Shown: positions 19,194 to 29,272 of the stretch, one piece after another | Numbering within the stretch: position 1 is the first letter of the stretch | Layout: each line of letters starts with the position of its first letter | From: an uncultured bacterium | Lineage (GTDB): Bacteria > Eisenbacteria > RBG-16-71-46 | NCBI GenBank assembly: GCA_964542745.1 | Contig: CAZIVR010000007.1 | Location: 379-64,378 of the forward strand | Length of the DNA stretch: 64,000 bases | Reading direction: 5' to 3' | Position numbers and translations under genes: made by a program | Notes under the pieces: generated by a model | Databases searched by the model: none | Seen by the model: the letters and a program-made list of their open reading frames with translations, nothing else | What the model was told of the DNA's origin: nothing

Positions 19194-19688
19194 CTACAGC
19201 TTGAAGTTCCAGCCGATCAGCAGCTTGAAGTCGTGCGCGTCGCCGAGGCCGAGCTTGCCCTCGACGAAGAAGCGGCTGCCGGTCTGGGTCGGCACGATCG
19301 CGCCGCCGATGATGGCGAGGCCCACGTCGGTGTCGGACACGTCGCGGGGCCCCACGTCAATGCTGATGTGCGTGAACGCCAGCCCCGCGCCCACGTAGGG
19401 ACGCCATGGCGAGTTCTGCACCCGGAAATGGTAGTGGATGTCGCCGTTGAGCCCGATGGTGGTGGCGTTGTCGCCGATGCCGATGTCCACGTTCGGGGTG
19501 AGGGTGAGATCCGGCGTGATGTTCCCGAGGTCGAGCTGCCCCCCGAAGATGAACTGGTCGGGACCGCTGCTGAAGCCGAAGCGGGGGCCCCAGGCGGTGG
19601 CGACCGGAGCCGTGCCTCCCGATTGGGCGAGCGCCGCGGCCGGCAGCGCCGCCACGAAAAGGGCGGCCATCCAGAATCGCTTGTTCAT
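19194..19688 (-). CDS. Small outer-membrane beta-barrel protein (porin-like, about 8 strands)
   Basis: Signal peptide MNKRFWMAALFVAALPAAALA. Amphipathic beta-strand pattern. C-terminal ...IGWNFKL. Confidence 0.65.
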   Translation of the reverse strand: MNKRFWMAALFVAALPAAALAQSGGTAPVATAWGPRFGFSSGPDQFIFGGQLDLGNITPDLTLTPNVDIGIGDNATTIGLNGDIHYHFRVQNSPWRPYVGAGLAFTHISIDVGPRDVSDTDVGLAIIGGAIVPTQTGSRFFVEGKLGLGDAHDFKLLIGWNFKL

Positions 19689-19857
19689 GAGTTTCCTTTC
19701 ATGCGGCCGGCATGGGAGCGGAGTGGAGAGGGGGCAGGATAAGGGGGCGTCGCGGGCCAAGGCAATCGGGGCCGGGGCCGTCCCTCGCGGCTCCGCGATC
19801 GGCTAGAGTTCCGCGTTCCCGCGTTCCGCAGGCCCCTTCCCCGGAGATCCCGACGTC

Positions 19858-21735
19858 ATGAGGCTTTCGCGCTTCGCCGTTCTCGCCCTCGCCGCGTTCC
19901 CGGCGCTCCTCCCACCGCCGTCACGGGCCGCCATCACACCCGAGGCGAAGGCGGTGGTGGATCGTTTCTTCGAGGCCTCGGGCGGGCGCGCCGCGTGGGA
20001 GCGGACACGCTCGATGCGCTTCAAGGGCTCGATCTCGGTGTTCGGCCTGAAGGGCACCCTCGAGGCGTGGCGGCAGGCGCCGGACCGGCGCGCCAACGAG
20101 GTGGCGATCGGCCCGTTCCAGCTCAAGGAGTGGACCAGCGGGCACCGCGCGTGGCGCGTGGATCCGAGCGGAAAACTCGTGGCGCTCGACGGCAAGGACA
20201 TGGAGCAGGCGCTGGCCTCCGCGTGGTTCGAGAACGAACGCTGGCTCGAGCCCGGGCAGGGCGAAGGCTCCGTCGTGGTCTCGGGCGAGGTCCGCGACTC
20301 GCTCGGCACGCGCACCGTGCTCGAAGTGACCCCGCCCTTCGGCCGTTCCCGCTGGTTCGAGTTCGACCGGACGAGCGGGCTCATGGTGCGGAGCCGCGCG
20401 AAGAGCGACCAGAACGAGATCACCGTCACCAGCTCGGACTTCCGCCCGGTGGACGGCTTCCTGCTCGCGTTCCGCACCTACCAGGAGGTGAGCGGGGCGG
20501 CCGCGAACAACGCGACCATCGTCGTGGACTCGGTGTGGACCGGGGTGGTCCATCCCGAGGGCCGCTTCACGCCGCCCTCGGCCGAGGACTCGAAGGTCTC
20601 GTGGCTCAAGGCGCCCGGCACGGCCCGGATTCCCTTCGAGTACCTGTCCAACCACGTGTGGATCCGGGCCTCGGTGAACGGCGGCCCGCCCGCGGACTTC
20701 CTCTACGACACGGGCGCGAGCGTCACGGTGATCGACAGCGCCTACGCGGCCAGGATCGGGCTCGCCACGGAGGGTGCCGTCCACGCGGTCGGCGCGGGCG
20801 CGGGCGGCAGCGCCTCGTTCGCGAAGCTGGAGCGGCTGAGGGTCGAGGCCGCCGGCGGCGACGGCATCGAGATGCGGGACGTGAGCGCCGCCGTGCTCGA
20901 CGTCAACTCGATCCTCGCGCCGTTCTTCTGGCGCGAGTGCGCGGGCATCGTCGGCTTCGACGCCATCGTCCGCTTCGTCAACGAGCTGGACTACGACGCC
21001 GCGGTGCTGACGCTCCGCGACCCGAAGACGTTCCGCTACGGGGGGCAGGGCGCGGAGATCCCGATGACGCTCGCCGGGCACGTCCCCGCCGTGCGCGTGA
21101 AGGTGGACGGGACGTACGAGGGCGAGGCGCGCGTGGACGTGGGCAGCGGCGCCACGCTCGACCTGCACACGCCGTTCGTCCGCACGCACGGCCTGATCGC
21201 GAAGCACCCGAACGCGATCACGGTGCTGAGCGGCGGCTTCGGCGGCACGTTCGAAAGCCGGCTCGCGCGCATGAAGTCGCTCGAGATCGGGCCGCACCGG
21301 GTGGAGCGGCCCCTGATCGGGTTCTCGACCATCACCGCCGGCGCGCTCGCGAGCGAGGACTACGCCGGGAACCTCGGCAACCGGTTCCTCGAGCGCTTCC
21401 ACGTGACGCTCGACTACGAGCGGAGGAAGATCTACCTGGAGCCGGGCCGGCGCTTCTCCGAGCCCGAGACCTTCTCGCGCTTCGGGGGCCAGTTCGCGAA
21501 GTTCGGCGACGAGGTGCGCGCCGTGCAGGTGCTGCCGAAGTCCCCGGCCGCGTCCGCGGGGCTCAAGGTGGGCGACGTGCTCCTCGCGGTGGACGGCGCC
21601 GCGGTCGTCGAACTGGGCCGGGCCGGCGTGGACGCCGCGCTCGAGCACGGCGCGGCGGGGCGGAAGGTGGAGCTCGCGGTGCGGCGCGGCGGGAAGGAGA
21701 AGAAGCTCAGGGCGACTCTTCGGGAGTTGCTCTGA
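19858..21735 (+). CDS. Secreted retropepsin-like aspartyl protease (clan AA) with a C-terminal PDZ domain
   Basis: Signal peptide. Catalytic LYDTGASVTVIDS (DTGA) plus a second pseudo-repeat. The C-terminal PDZ-like segment is GDEVRAVQVLPKSPAASAGLKVGDVLLAVDG. Confidence 0.7.
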   Translation: MRLSRFAVLALAAFPALLPPPSRAAITPEAKAVVDRFFEASGGRAAWERTRSMRFKGSISVFGLKGTLEAWRQAPDRRANEVAIGPFQLKEWTSGHRAWRVDPSGKLVALDGKDMEQALASAWFENERWLEPGQGEGSVVVSGEVRDSLGTRTVLEVTPPFGRSRWFEFDRTSGLMVRSRAKSDQNEITVTSSDFRPVDGFLLAFRTYQEVSGAAANNATIVVDSVWTGVVHPEGRFTPPSAEDSKVSWLKAPGTARIPFEYLSNHVWIRASVNGGPPADFLYDTGASVTVIDSAYAARIGLATEGAVHAVGAGAGGSASFAKLERLRVEAAGGDGIEMRDVSAAVLDVNSILAPFFWRECAGIVGFDAIVRFVNELDYDAAVLTLRDPKTFRYGGQGAEIPMTLAGHVPAVRVKVDGTYEGEARVDVGSGATLDLHTPFVRTHGLIAKHPNAITVLSGGFGGTFESRLARMKSLEIGPHRVERPLIGFSTITAGALASEDYAGNLGNRFLERFHVTLDYERRKIYLEPGRRFSEPETFSRFGGQFAKFGDEVRAVQVLPKSPAASAGLKVGDVLLAVDGAAVVELGRAGVDAALEHGAAGRKVELAVRRGGKEKKLRATLRELL

Positions 21736-22783
21736 CCGGACCGGTCTGCGGCGCGCCTTCCTTCACCCACGCGAGCCACTCCTTCTCCAGCACCTCGGGG
21801 TGCGGGAGAAGGAACTTCGCGATGTTGAAGGCGGAGCGCTGGGGCTCCCCGAGCAGCACCTTCTCGAGGAAGTGGCCGAGGAAGCGCTCGCCCTCCTTGT
21901 GGCTCAGGAACCGCGCGAACGAGAGGGCCTGGGCGTCGTAGAGGCGCCGCGTCGGGGCTTCCGCGCCGGGCCCCGCCGAACTTGCGGCGGAGGCCCCCGC
22001 GCCGGCCCCGGCCGGGCCGGAAGCCTCCTTCACGGACCCGCGCGGGCGCGCGCCACCCGCCCCGGACCGTGAGCGCCCCGCCGAAACCGGCGGGTCGGGG
22101 GGGCGGCTCATGGCGAGGAAGCGCTCGATCGGGATGCGCCGGTCCATGCGCGCGTGCATCCACGCCACGCGCTGGTTCTGCTCGCTCGGGTGGGTGGCGA
22201 GCCCGGCCAGCGCGGCCTCGAACCAGTCCGGCACGAAGCGCGCGCGGCCCTCGGGCGGCGCGCCGCGGCCCTGCTCGCTCTCGAACGCGGCGAGGTACCA
22301 GCGCGACATGCGCTCGGAGGGCTGCTCGATCCACGCGGTGGCGTCGGCCGCGAGCGCCGCGGGCCGGCCCCCGGGCGGCCGCGGCCAGTCCCGGAGCACG
22401 TGCGGGTAGCCCGCGAAGCGGAGCCGCTCGTCGCTGACGCGCTCGGGATCGGCGAGCGTGCCGAGGGCCGCGATGCCGATGGTCGGCGGGTAGGGGCCCA
22501 TGTACCGGCGGAAGGCGTTGGCGGCGTATTCCGCCTCGCGGCGCAGCTGGCCGAGCGCGCCGATCTCGGCGGCGAGCATCCTCACCCGCGGGCGGTCCTC
22601 GCGCGCGAGCGAATCCAGCGGGAGGGGCATCGGGACGGCCGCCGCGCGCGACGGCGCCACGCCGCCGAGGCACGCGGCGGCCAGCGCGAGCGCCAGCAAG
22701 CTGCGGGAGTTTCCCTGAGGAGTCCGGGCGTTCACGCCCGCGAGTCTAGCGGCTTCCCGCGCCGACTCGTCACGGCCTCGCAA
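21707..22783 (-). CDS. Hypothetical exported protein
   Basis: A signal-like segment (SLLALALAAACLGGVAPSRAAA) and a non-biased internal composition. The start codon is uncertain. Confidence 0.4.
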   Translation of the reverse strand: MRGRDESAREAARLAGVNARTPQGNSRSLLALALAAACLGGVAPSRAAAVPMPLPLDSLAREDRPRVRMLAAEIGALGQLRREAEYAANAFRRYMGPYPPTIGIAALGTLADPERVSDERLRFAGYPHVLRDWPRPPGGRPAALAADATAWIEQPSERMSRWYLAAFESEQGRGAPPEGRARFVPDWFEAALAGLATHPSEQNQRVAWMHARMDRRIPIERFLAMSRPPDPPVSAGRSRSGAGGARPRGSVKEASGPAGAGAGASAASSAGPGAEAPTRRLYDAQALSFARFLSHKEGERFLGHFLEKVLLGEPQRSAFNIAKFLLPHPEVLEKEWLAWVKEGAPQTGPVRATPEESP

Positions 22784-24161
22784 GGTGATGCGAGGTCCGC
22801 GCCTGGTACGCCTCGCCGAGGTCGAGCAGCAGGCCCTCGGACCACGGCGGCCCCATGATCTGGAAGCCCACCGGCAGCCGGTCCCGCCCGCGTCCCGCGG
22901 GCAGGGCCAGCGCGGGCAGGCCGCAGGTGTTGCCGATCGCGCCGACCGGGTCGGGGTAATCGAGCGTCTCGTAGAGGTCGCGGTCCACCGGCGGGGCCAC
23001 CGACAGGAAGTTGGGCGCGAGGATCACGTCGTGGTTCCCGAAGAAGTCGCGCATCCGCTCCTGCAGCGCCGCGCGCAGCCGCCACGCCTTGACGAGATCG
23101 GCGCCGGTCATCGCGGCGGCGATCTCCGGCTGGAGCGGGGCGTAGGGATCCTTGAGCGTCGCGACCGAGCCGTCCCGGTAGAACGGTTCGAACGCCGAGA
23201 GCGCCTCGGCCGTGATGATCGCGCCGGCCACGTCGGCCGCGGGGAACTCGGGCAGCTCCACGGCCTCGGTCACGACGCCGAGGCCGCGCAGCACGCCCAC
23301 CGCCTCGTCGAAGGCGCGCTTTCCCTCGGGCTCGCCGCCCTTCGAGAAATCGAGCGCGATCACCGCCGCGCGCACCCGCGCGGGGAGCGGGCGCGGCCCG
23401 GCGAAGTCGAGCGGCTCGTCGGCGGCGGTCGGGTCGTCGGGGTCGGGTCCCGCGATCGCGGCGAGGATCGCGCGGCAGTCGGCGGCCGAGCGCGCCATCG
23501 GGCCCACCTTGTCGAACGAGTCCGCGCACACCATCGCGCCGGCGCGGCTCACGCGCCCGTAGGTGGGACGGAGCCCGGTGATCCCGCAGAAGGCCGCCGG
23601 GCAGAGGATCGAGCCCCACGTCTCGGTGCCGAGCGCGAAGCCGGCGAGCCCGGCCGCGACCGCCGCACCCGAGCCCGACGACGAGCCCCCGGTCCAGCGC
23701 TCCGGGTTCCACGGGTTGCGCCCCGGGCCGCTGGCGGACGCGTCGGGCCAGCGGTAGCCGAGCCCGCCCGCGAACTCGACCATCGCGAGCTTGCCGAGCA
23801 GCACCGCGCCGGCCTCGCGGAGCCGCCGCACCACCGTGGCGTCGCGGCCGGGGACGCGGTGGCGGAGCGCCTCGGCGCCCCACGAGGTGCGGATCCCGGC
23901 GGTGTCGAAGAGGTCCTTGGCGCCGTAGGGAATGCCGTGCAGCGGCCCGCGCGCGCGGCCCGCGCGGAGTTCGGCGTCGGCGGCGCGCGCCTCGCGCCGG
24001 GCGAGGTCAGCGGTCACGGTCTCGAAGGCGTTGAAGCGCGGCGAGTCGCGGCGGATGCGCTCGAGGCAGGCCTCGGTCAGCTCCAGCGAGGTGGTCGTGC
24101 CCGCGCGGAGCCGCGCCGCGAGCTCGGTGACCGGCAGGTGCGTGGCGCCGGCGGCGATCAT
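22770..24161 (-). CDS. Amidase-signature family amidase (GatA-like)
   Basis: Amidase-signature Gly/Ser-rich core (GGSSSGSGAAVAAGLAGFALGTETWGSI) and the conserved K...S...S arrangement (GIPYGAKD). 463 aa. No signal peptide. Confidence 0.8.
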   Translation of the reverse strand: MIAAGATHLPVTELAARLRAGTTTSLELTEACLERIRRDSPRFNAFETVTADLARREARAADAELRAGRARGPLHGIPYGAKDLFDTAGIRTSWGAEALRHRVPGRDATVVRRLREAGAVLLGKLAMVEFAGGLGYRWPDASASGPGRNPWNPERWTGGSSSGSGAAVAAGLAGFALGTETWGSILCPAAFCGITGLRPTYGRVSRAGAMVCADSFDKVGPMARSAADCRAILAAIAGPDPDDPTAADEPLDFAGPRPLPARVRAAVIALDFSKGGEPEGKRAFDEAVGVLRGLGVVTEAVELPEFPAADVAGAIITAEALSAFEPFYRDGSVATLKDPYAPLQPEIAAAMTGADLVKAWRLRAALQERMRDFFGNHDVILAPNFLSVAPPVDRDLYETLDYPDPVGAIGNTCGLPALALPAGRGRDRLPVGFQIMGPPWSEGLLLDLGEAYQARTSHHLARP

Positions 24162-24532
24162 CGCGCGCTCCCGCGCCCGCGCTTCGAACGCAGCGGCCGG
24201 AACACGAACGCCGGGGCGCTCCCGGGCGGCAGGGGAAACTCGCGCAGGCGCTGGAGGCTCTCGGCCATGGACTTCTTCTGCTTCTCGACCTCCTCCGGGA
24301 GCGCGGGCCGCGCGGCGGGCGCCGCGGGCCGTGCGGGCGGCGGCGCCGGAGGGCCGGTGCGGACGCGCACCGGCGGCGAGGGGCCGGGCTTCACGTCGTC
24401 GGGAGCGGGCTTGCCCGAGCCGCCGGCCGCGACCGCGGGCGACGCGAGCGCGGCCGCCGAGCCCGCGGCCAGCAGCTTCATGAAGGCCCGCCTCGAACGT
24501 GCGGGCCCGGAACGCCTGGCGTCGGTCATGGC
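24158..24532 (-). CDS. Small Pro-rich protein with a twin-arginine (Tat) signal peptide. It is translationally coupled (ATGA) to the downstream amidase gene.
   Basis: Tat signal MTDARRSGPARSRRAFMKLLAAGSAAALASPAVAA. Pro-rich linker. 124 aa. Confidence 0.45.
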   Translation of the reverse strand, partial: AMTDARRSGPARSRRAFMKLLAAGSAAALASPAVAAGGSGKPAPDDVKPGPSPPVRVRTGPPAPPPARPAAPAARPALPEEVEKQKKSMAESLQRLREFPLPPGSAPAFVFRPLRSKRGRGSAR

Positions 24533-24591
24533 GGTGGTCTCCTTCCGTGCGGGGCGCGGCGCGCGGACGCCCGGCGGCCGGGCGCGCGCGG

Positions 24592-25026
24592 TCACGCCAC
24601 CGGCTTCCTCGCGAGATCGCGGCCCTCGAACGCCTCGAGCCGGCGGCGCAGGTCCTCCGGCACCGGGATGCTCGCCTTCGCCGCGTAGTCGTAGCAGACC
24701 TGCACGGTGCTGGCCTCGACCACCAGCCGCCGCGAGGCCTTCTCGCGGATCTCGTAGTCGAAGCCGAACGACTTGGTGCCGATCCACGAGCAGCGCAGCG
24801 CCAGCTCCAGCGTCTCCCGGACCAGCGCCTCGCTCCGGAAGTCGATCTTGACGCCGGCGAGGATGAACGGAACCCGGCGGTAGTCGGACTCGGCGTCCAG
24901 CTCCTGCCAGTAGGCCTGCCGCGCCACCTCGAGGTACGTGACGTAGACCGCGTTGTTGATGTGCCCCATGGCGTCGGTGTCGCGGAAGCGCGGCGTCAGC
25001 TCGCGCACCACCCGGAACGGCGCCAC
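24592..25026 (-). CDS. Acyl-CoA thioesterase, 4HBT/YbgC family (hotdog fold)
   Basis: The N-terminus RFRDTDAMGHINNAVYVTYLEVAR is typical of the 4-hydroxybenzoyl-CoA thioesterase family. 144 aa. Confidence 0.75.
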   Translation of the reverse strand: MAPFRVVRELTPRFRDTDAMGHINNAVYVTYLEVARQAYWQELDAESDYRRVPFILAGVKIDFRSEALVRETLELALRCSWIGTKSFGFDYEIREKASRRLVVEASTVQVCYDYAAKASIPVPEDLRRRLEAFEGRDLARKPVA

Positions 25027-25027
25027 G

Positions 25028-26302
25028 TCAGAACCCGTTCAGCGGGTAGAGGAACGCGGGCCGGGCGCGGAACCAGCCGTCCATGATCTCGTCGGCCCCC
25101 GAGACCGCCTCGACGATGCCGGCCTCGGCGGCGCGGCGCGGCGACAGCGTGCCGGCGACGATCGGCCCGAGGGCGTCCATCGGCACGCGCAGCCGCGGCA
25201 GGCGCCGGCGGCCGGCGCGCGCGCTCTCGAAGCCGACCGTGAGCCGCCCCTCGCGCGCGCTCACCCGGTAGGCGCGGGCGTTCGGGGGCAGGATCGCGTC
25301 CTCGACCTCGAGCACCACCTCGCCCCGCGCGTTGGCCGAGACCGGGAAGCGCTCGAGGCCGAGCTTCACGTCGGTGAAGCGCATCATCGCCCCGGCCGCC
25401 ACGCCGCCGGTGTCGGCGAACACGCTGATCTCGAGCCCCGGCCGCAGGTTCTGCGCGGTGCGGAGCGTCTGGAGCCAGGCGTGGTCGGCGGGCAGCGCGC
25501 TCTGGATCTCGGTGACCTGGTCCGCGAGCGAGCTCAGGTAGCCGGTGAGCCCGCGCGCCGCCTCGGGGCTCGCGGCCACGAACTCGAGCAGCGAGACCTG
25601 CAGCTTGAACGGACCGTTCGAGTGGTCCACGTCGTAGCACAGGTAGCCCTCGATCTGGCCGCGGCGGCGCCCCTCGTAGACCACCCAGTCGCTCGCGTAG
25701 TTCCACAGGCGCTGCGTCCACCACTCGGGCTTGCGGGCGAGCGCGAGGTGCCCCTGCGAGGCGACCCGGTCGTAGAGGGCCTGCACCGCGGGCCGGTCGG
25801 GGATCATGAGCCGCCGCACGAAGCGCGCCTCGTCGGAGCCGGGCAGGTTGCCGGGCGAGATCGCGAGCTGGTGCACGTACTCGACCACGCCGTAGCCGAG
25901 CTTCCGGTAGTACGAGCCGCGGAACGCGTAGAGGAGCCCCAGCGCTTCGCCGTTCTGGCGCATCTCGCGGAGCGCGAACTTCATGAGGGTTTCGGCCACG
26001 CCGCGCCGCCGGTGCTCGGGCGAGACCGCGACCGAGCCGATGCCGGTGGCGGCCACGCGCTGGCCGCGCACGAACGCGGTGAGCGGGTAGAGCACCAGCG
26101 AGGCCACCACCTGTCCGTCGAGTTCGCCCACGCGCACGTCGCGGATCGTGAAGCGCGGGTGGTCGGTGTAGAACTCGCGGCGCTTCTCGAGGCTCGCCAC
26201 CCGGTAGGCGCGGTGGCCGAGGTCGGCGAGGGTCTCGACGTCGGTGCGGCGCGCGGGTCGGTAGCGCAGCGCCGGGGGGCGCGGCGCGCGGGTGCGGCTC
26301 AT
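25028..26302 (-). CDS. Eis-like GNAT acetyltransferase (GNAT domain plus a C-terminal SCP2-like domain)
   Basis: GNAT core (VAVSPEHRRRGVAETLMKFAL). About 420 aa, which is the Eis-type three-domain length. The gene is adjacent to the thioesterase gene (2-nt gap). Confidence 0.6.
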   Translation of the reverse strand: MSRTRAPRPPALRYRPARRTDVETLADLGHRAYRVASLEKRREFYTDHPRFTIRDVRVGELDGQVVASLVLYPLTAFVRGQRVAATGIGSVAVSPEHRRRGVAETLMKFALREMRQNGEALGLLYAFRGSYYRKLGYGVVEYVHQLAISPGNLPGSDEARFVRRLMIPDRPAVQALYDRVASQGHLALARKPEWWTQRLWNYASDWVVYEGRRRGQIEGYLCYDVDHSNGPFKLQVSLLEFVAASPEAARGLTGYLSSLADQVTEIQSALPADHAWLQTLRTAQNLRPGLEISVFADTGGVAAGAMMRFTDVKLGLERFPVSANARGEVVLEVEDAILPPNARAYRVSAREGRLTVGFESARAGRRRLPRLRVPMDALGPIVAGTLSPRRAAEAGIVEAVSGADEIMDGWFRARPAFLYPLNGF

Positions 26303-26366
26303 GGGCGGTCCTCGGGGCGGAAGGGTCGGAGGCCCGCGCGGACGGCGCGGGCGCGGCGCGAGCGGA

Positions 26367-26951
26367 TCACAGGCGCCACTCGATGGTCATGCGGTAGATC
26401 GCCTCGCCCTGGGCGCCCCGGCCGACGCCGGGCCCCGTGAGCGCGAGCCCGCTGCGCGTGGCGTCCAGCACGTTGTCGGGCTGCCAGACCCGGTTGAACT
26501 CGGTGCGGAGCTCGAAGAGGTAGTCGTCCTCGGGGAGCGGATCGCCGGATCCCGGGATCGGGGGACTGTCGAAGGCGCCGGAAATGAGCACCACCTGCTC
26601 GCGGGCCAGCTCCCGCCCGTCGGCGCGGCGCCGGACCGAGACCTGGAGCCGGGCGCCGTCCGGGAGGTCGAAGCGCCCGCGCACGCGCAGGGCGCCGTTG
26701 GAGGCGCGGTAGGGCTCGAACTCGCGGAGCAGCGGCCGGCCCTTCGCGAGCGCGGCCGAGTCGGGGGTCGCGTCGTCGAACTGGAAGCCGAGGCCGGCCT
26801 GCTCCGCGGGCTTCTCGCCGCCGCAGCCCCCGGCCCCGAGGGCGGCGGCCAGCAGGGCGGCGGCCGCGAGCGCCACGCGGCGCGGGCAGGCGGCGCGGAC
26901 TCGGGCCGCGCGGACGCAGGCGCGAAGGGCGGCGACCGGGGCACGTCTCAT
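26367..26951 (-). CDS. Hypothetical lipoprotein
   Basis: Signal peptide with a lipobox-like segment (LAAALGAGGCGGEK). The mature part is hydrophilic. Confidence 0.5.
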   Translation of the reverse strand: MRRAPVAALRACVRAARVRAACPRRVALAAAALLAAALGAGGCGGEKPAEQAGLGFQFDDATPDSAALAKGRPLLREFEPYRASNGALRVRGRFDLPDGARLQVSVRRRADGRELAREQVVLISGAFDSPPIPGSGDPLPEDDYLFELRTEFNRVWQPDNVLDATRSGLALTGPGVGRGAQGEAIYRMTIEWRL

Positions 26952-27184
26952 GACAGGGCAAACTAGCGGAGGCCGCCGCGACGGGGAAGCGGGAAGAACG
27001 CCGCCGGACGATCCGGCGGCTCCGCCGGGGGCCGGCGCGGCCGGGCGCGGCGCCCGGACGCCCGCCTTGTTTCCCCGCCCGACCCTTTGCTAGCTTCCGG
27101 CGCTCGTTCCTGCCCGCGGTTCGGGCCGCCCCGCGCGGCCCGGCCGCCCGAGACCGGGCAGACCGCGCTTCGAAAGGAGTTCCC

Positions 27185-27799
27185 GTGCCCGCGTTCCGCT
27201 TCCCGCACCTCACCCGTCGCCTCGCGTCCGCCGCGCTCGCCGCGCTCGCGATCGGCCTCGGCGCCGCGCCGGCCTTCGCCGAGGAAGGACTGAACGACTC
27301 GGCCTGGAAGCCGGGCGCCCAGTGGATGTCGGTGCGGTTCGGCTACGCCAAGGAGCGCGGCCGGTTCTCGCCCAACGGGAACGTCGGCTACGGCTTCGGC
27401 TACAGCCGCATGGTGAGCGAGCGACTCTCGCTCGGCGCCAACCTCCAGCACGACCTGCTCGGCAAGTTCTCGGGCTCGGCCCTGATCGCCATGCCGTTCA
27501 CGGTCGAGGCGCTCTGGCACTTCCACTGGAGCCCGACCCTCACGCCCTACGTGGGCGGGGGACTCGCGGCGGTCTATCGCAAGACTTACCGCACCGGCGC
27601 GGACGCCTCGAACATGCAGCCGGGCTACAGCCTCACGGTCGGCGCCAACACCCCGATCGACAAGGGTCACCTGCTCGGCCTCGACCTCCGCTTCTCGAGC
27701 GTGGCCAACGAGGCGTGGGTCGTGGATCCGGTCTACCTGACCCGCCGGCCGTCGAACACGATGGTCAGCGCGAAGTTCAACTACTCGCTCACCTACTGA
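27185..27799 (+). CDS. Outer-membrane beta-barrel protein (OmpW/OMP_b-brl family)
   Basis: Signal peptide (LASAALAALAIGLGAAPAFA). Alternating aromatic beta-strands. C-terminal ...NYSLTY. Confidence 0.65.
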   Translation: MPAFRFPHLTRRLASAALAALAIGLGAAPAFAEEGLNDSAWKPGAQWMSVRFGYAKERGRFSPNGNVGYGFGYSRMVSERLSLGANLQHDLLGKFSGSALIAMPFTVEALWHFHWSPTLTPYVGGGLAAVYRKTYRTGADASNMQPGYSLTVGANTPIDKGHLLGLDLRFSSVANEAWVVDPVYLTRRPSNTMVSAKFNYSLTY

Positions 27800-28223
27800 G
27801 TTCGCCCGCCCCGCCGCCCGTCGGGGCTCCCGCGCGCGGCCCGCGCTCCGGATCCCGGCGCTCGCCGCCGCCGCCACCGTCGCCGCGCGGGCGTCGCCGA
27901 CGCCCGCGCGACGTCGCGGCCCCCGCGCCTCCGCGCCCGCTCGCCGCAACCCCGTGCCGCCGCCGCTCGATCGCACGCGCGGCCTCCCGGCACGCCGCCT
28001 GCTCGGAGCCGCTTCGCCGTCGTTCGAATTCGCGGCGCCGGGGACCGGGACGATGCGGGGTGGCGGGGGCCCCCGGGTCCGGCCGCGAGGCGCGTGGCCC
28101 CGCGTCGGCACGGGGAGCGCGCGAACGACGGGCCCTCTTCGCTCGCCCGGGAGCCCGCGGAACGCAGGGGGTCGCGCCGGTGGAGGCCGCGCAGGGAGGC
28201 GTGGGCCGGCGCGGCCGGGCTCG

Positions 28224-29270
28224 CTACCCGGGCGGGGCGCCGTGGCGCCCGCGGCCGATGAGCCGGTAGGCCACGAACAGCGCGAGCCCGGTGGCCGCGA
28301 CGAGCAGCAGGCCGGTGGCGTGGGGCAGCGACTCGAGCATCAGGCTCAGCCCCGCGCACACCGCGCACAGTCCCCACAGCGCGAGCGTCGCGGCGCGGGG
28401 CGAGAGGCCGAGGCGCAGCAGCCGGTGGTGCACGTGCTCGCTGTCGGCGCCGAACACCGGGCGGCCGGCCCGGAGGCGGCGCCCGAAGGCGAACACGCTG
28501 TCGGCGATCGGCACCGCGAGCGCGGTGAGCGGGAAGAGCAGCGCGGCGGTGGTGGTGGCCTTGCGGTTCTCGAGCAGCGAGGCCGCGGCCAGCACCAGGC
28601 CCAGGAAGTGGCTGCCGGTGTCGCCCATGAAGATCCGGGCGGGCGGGAAGTTGAAGACCAGGAAGCCCGCGGTGGTGCCGATCAGGAGCGAGGCGAGGAA
28701 CATCACGTAGAAGTCGCCGTGGCCGCGGCCCACCCACCACAGCGTGGCCGCCGCGATCAGCACCACGCCCGAGGCCAGCCCGTCGAGCCCGTCGATCAGG
28801 TTGACCGCGTTGATCACGATCACCACCCAGAGCACGGCGAGCGGGCCGCTCAGCCACCCGGCCTCGAACGGCGCGCCGAACGGGTTCGACACCAGCGGCA
28901 CGCCGTAGCCGGACGCCATCAGGATCACGCCCGCGAGCGCCTGCACCAGCAGCTTGAGCCGCGGCGGGGCGCCCCGCGTGTCGTCCAGGACTCCGAGGAC
29001 CAGCAGCGGCACCGCGGCCAGCGTGAGCCCGAGCAGGGGGCGCACGTCCAGCTCCTGCGCCTCGTTGGGGAGCGCGCGGGCGAGCCACGCCACGCCGAGG
29101 GCCGCCACCACCATGGCGAGCCCGCCCAGCGTGGGCACCGCGTCGCGGTGCACGCGGCGCGGGCCCGGGTGGTCGAGCGCGCCGGCGCGGATCGCGAGCC
29201 GGCGCACCAGCGGCGTGGCCACGAGCATCAGCGCGAACGCGGCCAGCGCGAGCTGCAGCGAGGTCGGCAC
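28224..29270 (-). CDS. MraY/WecA-family polyprenyl-phosphate N-acetylhexosamine-1-phosphate transferase (glycosyltransferase family 4)
   Basis: About 10 TM helices. Conserved motifs VINAVNLIDGLDGLASG and NFPPARIFMGDTGSHFLG. The N-terminal 270 aa of the 619-aa track ORF are Arg-rich junk, so the start was placed at the GTG near 29270, directly after the stop codon of the GT2 gene. Confidence 0.75.
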   Translation of the reverse strand: MPTSLQLALAAFALMLVATPLVRRLAIRAGALDHPGPRRVHRDAVPTLGGLAMVVAALGVAWLARALPNEAQELDVRPLLGLTLAAVPLLVLGVLDDTRGAPPRLKLLVQALAGVILMASGYGVPLVSNPFGAPFEAGWLSGPLAVLWVVIVINAVNLIDGLDGLASGVVLIAAATLWWVGRGHGDFYVMFLASLLIGTTAGFLVFNFPPARIFMGDTGSHFLGLVLAAASLLENRKATTTAALLFPLTALAVPIADSVFAFGRRLRAGRPVFGADSEHVHHRLLRLGLSPRAATLALWGLCAVCAGLSLMLESLPHATGLLLVAATGLALFVAYRLIGRGRHGAPPG

Positions 29271-29272
29271 GG

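Noticed and set aside
27800-28223. About 420-bp gap with several overlapping ORFs (26963..28111 minus strand, 27322..28269 plus strand and others)
   Set aside because: All candidate translations are Arg/Pro/Gly-rich without motifs. The region was treated as a GC-rich intergenic or promoter region for the divergent outer-membrane protein and glycosyltransferase operons.
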